Source: Candidatus Binatia bacterium (GTDB lineage: Bacteria; Desulfobacterota; Binatia; Bin18). Taken from it: a DNA stretch of 64,000 bases. The notes under the pieces were generated by a model. The model was not told where the DNA came from, did not search any database, and saw nothing but the letters and a program-made list of their open reading frames with translations. How positions within the stretch are numbered: the first letter of the stretch is position 1; the number at the start of each line of letters is the position of its first letter. Position numbers and translations under genes: made by a program. Positions 56,583 through 64,000 of the stretch are shown piece after piece. The DNA lies in contig CAXXHG010000043.1 in the NCBI GenBank assembly GCA_963666315.2, positions 384,001-448,000 on the forward strand. Reading direction: 5' to 3'.

Positions 56583-57461
56583 ATGTCCCCGTGGCAAGAA
56601 CATAACCTGGGCGAAATTACACAACGCCTCGCCCCACTCTGTCGTTCTCCGCAGGGTGTTCTGTTTGAGCAGTCATCTCTCAACAATCACATTGTCGTCC
56701 GACATGGACGGGGACAGATTCTGCTGTGCTATCGACACACGGGGCACCGTATCGAAGAGGTCCAATCTCGGCTTGATCCCACTCATCCGCTCAGGCTGCT
56801 CTCCCCTTACACCCAGGCCATGATGCTGGCGCTGCTCTGGTGTCGGCAGCCACAACGCATTTTGCTTATTGGTCTTGGTGGCGGCCGGCTGCAGCTGGTA
56901 CTACACCACCTGCTTAAAGACGCACGGCTCGCAACCGTTGAACTCGATCCTCTTGTTCTTGAAGTTGCCCGGCGCTTCTTTGGTTTCCTGCCTGATGAAC
57001 GTCAGTGCGTTTCGCTTGCAGACGGGAGAGCCTTTTTGCGTGAGGAGTCGGCTCATGCCCAGTATGATTTGATCTTTCTGGATGCATACCAGGCCGAAGG
57101 TGTCCCGTCTCATATGATAACGCTTGAATTCTACGCTGAATGTCGTGCACGCCTTTGTCCCAACGGGTTGGTTGTTGCCAATCTGCATTCTTCCACGCCG
57201 GTGTATGATGCCTCACGCACGACGTTTGCCGCAGCGTTCAGATATATGACGGCTTTCTCTGTTTCGAGTGGTAACGTCGTTGTTTTGGGGAGCGAAGAGA
57301 CGCCGCTTGATCCCCGGGCACTCCGGAAGCAGGCCCGTATGGCGGAGGAATTCTACGGCGGGGTTCTTCCGTTTTCAACGTGGGCGAGGGATGTCTCTTT
57401 ACGCGCGCCATATCGCAATAACGCGCGGATACTCCAGGATAGCGTTTCGGTATCGGTATGA
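56583..57461 (+). CDS. Spermidine-synthase-like SAM-dependent transferase
   Basis: LLIGLGGG, VELDP.V, DGRAFL, YDLIFLDAY. Confidence 0.82.
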   Translation: MSPWQEHNLGEITQRLAPLCRSPQGVLFEQSSLNNHIVVRHGRGQILLCYRHTGHRIEEVQSRLDPTHPLRLLSPYTQAMMLALLWCRQPQRILLIGLGGGRLQLVLHHLLKDARLATVELDPLVLEVARRFFGFLPDERQCVSLADGRAFLREESAHAQYDLIFLDAYQAEGVPSHMITLEFYAECRARLCPNGLVVANLHSSTPVYDASRTTFAAAFRYMTAFSVSSGNVVVLGSEETPLDPRALRKQARMAEEFYGGVLPFSTWARDVSLRAPYRNNARILQDSVSVSV

Positions 57462-57537
57462 TTTTTTGCTTGCTCTAGAGGGGTGTTTTCAGTTACAACC
57501 TTCAAAAAGAGACTTAGCTGTCCAATAAGGCTAGCGC

Positions 57538-57864
57538 ATGTCTGTCAAACACCGCCTGTATCTCCGGGTCGGAGATTACGTCAAACATCGCCACTATGGA
57601 GAATGGGGGGCGGGTGAAGTCGTTGAGGAAATGACCTCAATTCTAGACGGCGGAACATGCCTGGTGCGCGTGAACTTTGCGGATGGCCAGCAGCGTACGT
57701 TTGACAACAACCTCGACAGTCAGTCGTGTTGCTACTTCTTTGGAGTGCGTCGCTATCAGCATCCACTGTTTGACCCTGATGGCGATCCGGATTTAGGTGT
57801 TTCGCCCCAGCGCCAGCCGCCTGCTAGGTTGCGTACTAAACCCGAGGCCCAGCGTCTCCCTTAA
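57538..57864 (+). CDS. Small SH3-like protein (DUF3553-like)
   Basis: GDYVKH...EWGAGEV pattern. Confidence 0.55.
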   Translation: MSVKHRLYLRVGDYVKHRHYGEWGAGEVVEEMTSILDGGTCLVRVNFADGQQRTFDNNLDSQSCCYFFGVRRYQHPLFDPDGDPDLGVSPQRQPPARLRTKPEAQRLP

Positions 57865-57866
57865 GG

Positions 57867-58091
57867 CTAGGCGGTTTCTCCGTTCGATGCAGACGCTTCT
57901 TCGTCCCGCGATTCGAGAGTTTCGCCTTTGGGACCGGTCCGACTAATCTGCCTGAGCTCGAGCGTTTTGACTGTGTCCTGATTCACCCACGGTAAACCCA
58001 TGGCGCAGGGTTTTGCCATGCCTTCTTCTTCAACTTCTTCGTACTGGGGAAATCCGACCTTACTGAAGTTGACCATCATCCGTTTGCCCAT
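57867..58091 (-). CDS. Hypothetical protein (74 aa)
   Basis: AGGAG RBS upstream, fills the intergenic gap. Confidence 0.5.
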   Translation of the reverse strand: MGKRMMVNFSKVGFPQYEEVEEEGMAKPCAMGLPWVNQDTVKTLELRQISRTGPKGETLESRDEEASASNGETA

Positions 58092-58264
58092 ATCAACGCT
58101 CTCCTATCAGCCTGATTTCAGTGTTTTTTTCTTGCCTGCGGCTATTCTTGGCTGTTCTCTGACGGGGGGTCAAGCCCGCTCTAGTGCATGGAGTGCCCTC
58201 TAGTAAAAGTATACCTCAATCGGTAGCCTAGAGCACAAATAGCGTGTCTATGTGAGGAATACTG

Positions 58265-61200
58265 ATGAAAGCGGTTGCGGAAAACGTGAAGCTAGCCGAG
58301 GTTGAACTCGAAGTCCTGAAGTCTTGGGATGACAACGATATTTTCAAAAAGACGTTGACCAAAACCCAAGGGCAGCAGCCCTTTATTTTCTATGACGGCC
58401 CACCGTTTGCCACGGGCTTGCCGCATTACGGGCATTTATTGGCTGGAACCATCAAAGATATCATTCCCCGTTTTTGGACTATGCGTGGCCGCTATGTTGA
58501 GCGACGGTTCGGCTGGGACTGTCACGGCCTGCCGGTAGAGATGGAAATCGAACAGGCTCTGGGCATAAGCGGAAAAGCGGAAATCGAAAAATTCGGGGTT
58601 GCCAACTTTAACGACGAATGCCGCAAAATTGTGCTGCGTTATACTCAGGAGTGGGAAAAGACCGTCCGCCGAATGGGCCGTTGGGTCGATTTTCGGAACG
58701 ACTACCGCACCATGGATGCCTCCTTTATGGAGACGGTGTGGTGGGTGTTCCAGCAGATGTGGGACAAAGACTTAGTCTATGAAGGATACAAAGTCCTGCC
58801 CTTTTCGACCCGGCTGGGGACGGTATTGTCCAATTTTGAAGCCAATCTGAATTATAAAGACGTTCAAGATCCAGCCCTCACGATCCGGTTTGCCGCTGAG
58901 GGCGAGGAGAACACCTTTTTCATTGCCTGGACGACAACCCCGTGGACGCTGCCGAGTAATCTGGCTTTAGCCGTTGGTTCGGACATCGACTATGTGAAAG
59001 TTCGCGATCATGTGGATAAGAGCTGCTACATCCTGGCTGAGGCCCGACTGAAGGTCTATTTCCCCAAAGATGGCACCTATACCGTTGAAGCCCGCTATCA
59101 AGGCAAAGACCTAGCCGGGCGGTCCTTTGTCCCTCTTTTCCCCTATTTTGCCGAACACAAGCAGGCCGGCGCCTTTCGGGTGATCGAGTCCGAGCACGTC
59201 ACTACAGAAGACGGCACCGGTATCGTACATATTGCCCCTGCCTTTGGCGAAGACGACTTTTATGCCTGCCAAAAGGTGGGTATTCCTCTCGTTAATCCGG
59301 TTGACGATGAAGGACGTTTCACCCAAGCGGTGAGTGATTTTGCGGGCATGCATGTCAAAGAGGCAGACCCCAAAATTATTCAGTATCTGAAACGAGAAAA
59401 GCAACTCGTGCATCAGAGCACGATTAATCATAGCTACCCGTTTTGCTGGCGAAGTGACACGCCACTTATCTATAAGGCGGTGGACACGTGGTTTGTGCGG
59501 GTTGAAGCGTTTCGTGACCGGTTGGTGAGCAATAACCAGCTGATCGCCTGGGTGCCGGATCATCTGCGTGATGGGCGCTTTGGCAATTGGCTCGAAAATG
59601 CGCGTGATTGGGCAATTAGCCGCAATCGGTACTGGGGGACGCCGTTGCCTATTTGGAAAAATGAAGACGGATCTGAAGTCGTCTGTCTGGGCAGTGTGGA
59701 TGAAGTAGCTGAGCGCACGGGAACACGGGTCAACGACTTACACCGCGAATTTGTTGACGATCTCACCTTTCCGGACTCGAGCGGCAATGGTCTCATGCGC
59801 CGCGTCCCCTTCGTGTTTGATTGCTGGTTTGAGAGCGGGTCGATGCCGTACGCTCAGATTCATTACCCGTTTGAGAACAAAGAGGATTTTTCGCGCGTAT
59901 TTCCCGCAGACTTTATCGCCGAAGGGCTGGATATGACACGCGGCTGGTTTTACACTCTGATGGTGGTGGCCTCTGCGCTGTTTGACAAGCCGGCTTTCCA
60001 CAACGTCATCGTCAATGGGCTCGTTCTGGCCGAAGATGGTAAAAAGATGAGCAAGCGGCTTAAGAACTATCCCGAGCCTGAGGAGACAATAGCTGAGCAT
60101 GGGGCTGACGCCCTGCGTCTCTACCTCATTAACTCGCCGCTAGTGCGGGCAGAGGAGCTGCGCTTTAGCGAGCGAGGAGTGCGTGATACTGTCAGACGCT
60201 TACTTCTGCCGTGGTGGAACGCCTATAAATTCTTTGTCACGTATGCCGTAGTTGATGACTGGCGTCCGTCCCAAACGCCGAGCGGCGATTCCCCCAATAT
60301 TTTAGATCGCTGGATACTCTCGCGGAAGCAAACGCTTATCCGCCGAGTGAGTACTGAGATGGAAGAGTATCGGTTATACAATGTCGTTCCCGCGCTGCTC
60401 GACTTTCTGAACGAGTTAACGAATTGGTATGTGCGGCTCAACCGGCGCCGTTTCTGGAGTGAAGACAACGCTGCAGAAAAACAGTTTGCCTATCAGGCCC
60501 TGTATGATGTACTGCTGGCCTTTGCCAAACTGATGGCTCCGTTTACGCCATTTTTTGGCTGATGCCATTTACTGCAACCTTGTCACGCTGCAAGAAACGG
60601 GGGCCGAAGACAGCGTCCATCTAGAGCCTTTCCCCGACTATGATGAACGTCAGGTTGACGTTCAGCTCGAAGATGCGGTGACGCGGATGCAACGCGTGAT
60701 TCTGCTCGGTCGGAGTCTGCGCAACGAGCGCAAAGTCAAAGTGCGTATCCCCCCTCCAAACCCTGACTATTCTTCATCGCCAGCAGCCGATCCTGGATGA
60801 ATTACGTCCTTTGGCGGGCTATATCCGGGAAGAGTTAAATGTCAAAGAAATTATCTACAGCACGGCTGAAGATGAAAAAATCACTCTGAGTGCAAAGCCC
60901 AACGCCCAGCTGCTAGGCCCGCGCTTTGGGAAGACGTTCGGGCAGGTGCGCAAGCGGATTGCCGATCTTGCCGCGGACCAGATGCTCGCGCTTGAGGCTG
61001 GTGATTCGATTCAATTGGACGGCGAGACGTTCCAGCCCAATGAGATTCAGATCCTACGCGCAGCACGGGAAGGGGCGCAAAAATGGACAAGACATACAGG
61101 ATGTCCGGTCGGATCGATTTATCTCGATCGATTTTCCATGTGAGTTGAACAATGCCCTGATTGCTGAAGGACTCGCCCGCGAAGTCGTGCACCATATCCA

Positions 61201-61423
61201 ACAGCTGCGCAAGGAAGCTGGTTACCATGTTGAGGATCGCATTGCCGTGACCTATGAAGCCGACGGCCGCCTGCTCGATGCGATCACACAACACAAGACG
61301 TATATCCAGCAAGAGACCCTGGCGCGCGTGCTTGATCAAACGCAGCCCAGCGGAGACAAAGTGGACAGTGTGAAGATTGATGGGGCAGCGCTCACCGTTG
61401 GAGTGCAGCGCGAGAGCGTGTGA
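58265..61423 (+). CDS. ileS: Isoleucine-tRNA ligase, type 2 (eukaryote-like), frameshifted as assembled
   Basis: DGPPFATGLPHYGH, GWDCHGLP, WAISRNRYWG, KMSKR; frame breaks near 60555, 60750 and 61080. Confidence 0.95.
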
Positions 61424-61429
61424 GTGCTG

Positions 61430-61931
61430 ATGCGCAAGAAGACTCGCCTTGCCCTCTTGATTGTGGGCGTTATTTTTGCTCCTTGATCAAGCAAGCAAAG
61501 CGCTCGTCGTACGCCATATGGCGCTGTATCAATCAGAGCCCATTGTCGCGTCCTTTTTTCATCTTACCTATGTCCGCAATACCGGTGCGGCGTTCGGATT
61601 CTTGGCCCAAACACCAGCCTGGTTTCGACAGCCATTCTTTTTGGGTACGACGGTGGTTGCCGTTTTTGCCCTTGGGATATTTTTACGTAATGCGGACGAA
61701 ACCGACCGTATGACCAATATCGCGGGCGCGACAATCTTGGGGGGAGCGCTGGGAAATATGGTAGACCGTATCCAAGATGGTTCTGTGATAGACTTCCTTG
61801 ATTTTCACTGGCATGGTTATCATTGGGCGGCGTTTAATGTGGCTGACACGTGTATTACGTTAGGCGTTATTGGGCTGCTTGTGTCGTTTCGCAATCAGCG
61901 TGTCGTTTCGAATGACGAAACCGTTCCTTGA
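61430..61931 (+). CDS. lspA: Lipoprotein signal peptidase (frameshift in T-run near 61475)
   Basis: DQASK, NTGAAFG, GGALGNMVDR, VIDFLD, FNVAD; follows ileS. Confidence 0.93.
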
Positions 61932-62029
61932 TATTGACCCGGTAGAAGGTGCCGATAACAGTAGGAAAGGTAATTCCTGCCCAGACCACACGAGCGGGAA
62001 TTACACGGATTTTTTTTAGGAGGTGTTGG

Positions 62030-62369
62030 ATGACAGTGAAGATAAGAACGGGCAGTCTCTTGGTCATTGCGGTGTTTGCCCTGAGTGCCTGCTCACAGCC
62101 ACTCTCAACGCGTGAGAAGGGGACATTAGCTGGGGCAGGCCTAGGTGCGGCAACCGGCGCGATTATTGGGGCGATGGTCGGCAGCCCCTGGGGCGGGAGC
62201 GGCCATAGGCGGCGCCCTTGGCAGTGTGACCGGTGCGGTGGTGAGTGATAAAATACAAAGCCAAGAAACGCAACAGACTGAGCAGCAGCGGCAGCTTGAA
62301 CAGCAACGACACGAGATCGAGCAACAACGTCGAGAGCTCGAAGATCTCAAACGACAACAAGAATACTAG
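62030..62369 (+). CDS. Glycine-zipper lipoprotein with coiled-coil tail (frameshift near 62188)
   Basis: Lipobox LSAC, GAGLGAATGAIIG, Q/E-rich tail; AGGAGG RBS. Confidence 0.75.
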
Positions 62370-62388
62370 ACACGAGAAAGCATTGGCT

Positions 62389-63099
62389 ATGAAAAAGGCA
62401 GTTCTGCATGGGTGTGTTTTAATGCTCGTCCTCGTGGTTGGTTGTTCACAGCCTTTATCGACGCGTGAGAAGGGGACATTAGCTGGAGTAGGCCTGGGTG
62501 CCGCAGCTGGCGCGATCATTGGGGCGGCGCTCGGCAGCCCCGGAGCGGGAGCGGCTATTGGCGGCACCCTTGGCGGCGTGACTGGTGCGGTGGTGGGTGA
62601 CCGGTTTCAAAAACGGGATAATGAAATCGCAGGCAATGAGCAACAGATTGAGCAGCGACGACAAGAAATCACCCGCAACCGTCGCCTCCTCGAAGAGCTG
62701 AAGAAACGGAATCTTGAGGCGCGCGAGACCGAGCGTGGAGTGGTGGTGAATCTGCCCGATGTCTTGTTCGAATTCGGCCAGTCCGATTTGACGAAGGATG
62801 CGCGTATCCACGTTCAGAGCATTGCCGAGGTACTGAATAATCAGGCCAATGGACGCCGCGTATCGGTTGAGGGTCATACCGACTCCGTTGGGAGCGACGA
62901 GGCGAACCAACGGCTGTCGCAACGACGTGCCGACGGCGTCGCGGGTACGTTAGCCGCAGCCGGTGTGGACCAGGGACGCATTGCCACAACCGGCTATGGC
63001 GAGCGCTATCCGGTCGCACCGAACACAAATCCGGACGGGTCGGATAACTCATCTGGGCGGGCCAAGAATCGCCGCGTTGAAGTCGTAATCGAGAACTAG
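62389..63099 (+). CDS. OmpA-family lipoprotein with glycine zipper
   Basis: VVGC lipobox, VEGHTDSVG, N..LSQRRA, NRRVEVVI. Confidence 0.93.
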   Translation: MKKAVLHGCVLMLVLVVGCSQPLSTREKGTLAGVGLGAAAGAIIGAALGSPGAGAAIGGTLGGVTGAVVGDRFQKRDNEIAGNEQQIEQRRQEITRNRRLLEELKKRNLEARETERGVVVNLPDVLFEFGQSDLTKDARIHVQSIAEVLNNQANGRRVSVEGHTDSVGSDEANQRLSQRRADGVAGTLAAAGVDQGRIATTGYGERYPVAPNTNPDGSDNSSGRAKNRRVEVVIEN

Positions 63100-63204
63100 C
63101 GAGGAGTTTTTCGATTTCAGCAGGTCTTGCAGGTCTTGGATGAGGGGTGTATCACCCGGCGGGCGAGAGATGACGGAGATTCTTCACGGCGCTGAGAATG
63201 GAAT

Positions 63205-64000
63205 CTACAACACTTCCTCTTCGATGTTTGAAGCGGACTTACCACCAGAGTCTGCAGACTCCGCTGCCGTGGCCTCTTCCTCTTCCGGTTGTTCCCAAAA
63301 ATCCGCCGGCTTTTTGTTAAGCTGAGAGAAGACGTAATCACGCAGGGTGAAGACGGTCTTTCCACCTTCTTGCATGGCAAACCGTTTTTCGGTCCCATCT
63401 ACCATCGTTTGTCCTAATAGCACTGTCGAAAGGCGTTCTCCGTCTTCATCGGACGCAATCAAGGTGAGAGCCGGAGTATCGAGTCCATAGGTGCTTAAGT
63501 CATCTGGATTATCTGCCGCAATTTCAAACCCACGCAGCTCTCGCAGGTCTGCAATGAACTGGCTGAGTGTCGCGGTTTTGAGTGTTCCTTCCTGTGTTGT
63601 ATCGATTTCCCATTTATTCTCAGCCCCGTGCGTAATGGTGAAGTCTCCTCCGTCCTGTCGTCTGACTTCGACTTTCTCGATTTTCTCTTCGGGAATACTG
63701 GCGACGGTCTTATCTCGAAAATCATTGACCGCTTTGCTGAGGTCTTTGAGAATCCCTGCGCGGATGAGATACAGAGTCTCTCCGTCATCCCGTTTGACGT
63801 AGCGTTGGATCGCCCTAGCACCTGCTGCTTTTTCATTACCAATAGAGATGGTTTGCGTTGTGTCTGCCCCGATTTGCAATGAAACAGTAAGTTGAGCAGG
63901 ATCAAGACCAAAGTCTGACATTTCAAGCAGCGGCTGCTCTATGAAGTCTTCTGCCCGCATGCCCTGCAGGGTAGAAAGATAGTTGAGGACTGCTGCCGCC
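63205..64000 (-). CDS. DUF4340-like periplasmic protein, C-terminal part
   Basis: Repeated FGLD.P/YGLD.P motifs, FRDK, W.I segments; runs off the window end. Confidence 0.7.
   Translation of the reverse strand, partial: AAAVLNYLSTLQGMRAEDFIEQPLLEMSDFGLDPAQLTVSLQIGADTTQTISIGNEKAAGARAIQRYVKRDDGETLYLIRAGILKDLSKAVNDFRDKTVASIPEEKIEKVEVRRQDGGDFTITHGAENKWEIDTTQEGTLKTATLSQFIADLRELRGFEIAADNPDDLSTYGLDTPALTLIASDEDGERLSTVLLGQTMVDGTEKRFAMQEGGKTVFTLRDYVFSQLNKKPADFWEQPEEEEATAAESADSGGKSASNIEEEVL

Noticed and set aside
58092-58264. T-box riboswitch upstream of ileS
   Set aside because: No T-box consensus or terminator/antiterminator visible; region is short and shared with a divergent gene
1-64000. CRISPR array, cas genes, rRNA, retron/RT or intact IS transposase
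   Set aside because: No regularly spaced repeats or recognisable motifs seen by eye

Overview
Bacterial chromosomal window with a deltaproteobacterial/Binatia-like gene repertoire (taxon is inference only). The backbone is housekeeping and lipid/acyl-CoA metabolism: thiolase, glmU/glmS, selA plus tRNA-Sec, AddAB-type helicase-nuclease, ArgA-like acetyltransferase, rpoD, anmK, ispD, pilT/pilU, two ExbBD pairs, a BisC/TorA-like molybdoenzyme, type-2 ileS, lspA and OmpA. Several homopolymer frameshifts in essential genes (ileS, lspA, rpoD) and a noisy rpoD duplication suggest an imperfect assembly, so single indels need caution. Main discoveries: (1) an 11.5-kb island that duplicates the 5' half, not the usual 3' half, of tRNA-Arg(CCT), plus a second integrase with the same reversed layout at tRNA-Sec; (2) a hidden UGA-recoded peroxiredoxin-like selenoprotein (WUPYC, SECIS-like hairpin) on that island, probably fused to a TPR/TM/Pro-rich protein; (3) an unannotated ~105-nt three-hairpin sRNA candidate with its own promoter and anti-Shine-Dalgarno loops; (4) a circularly permuted SCP2 lipid-carrier domain; (5) a PadR-ExbB-ExbD-vWA-TPR operon in which the vWA protein carries a TonB/TolA-type SxxxH membrane anchor; (6) a ferredoxin-membrane-Hsp20-like fusion; (7) an AddA subunit with a degenerate nuclease site. 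All family calls come from motif recognition by eye; no searches were run.
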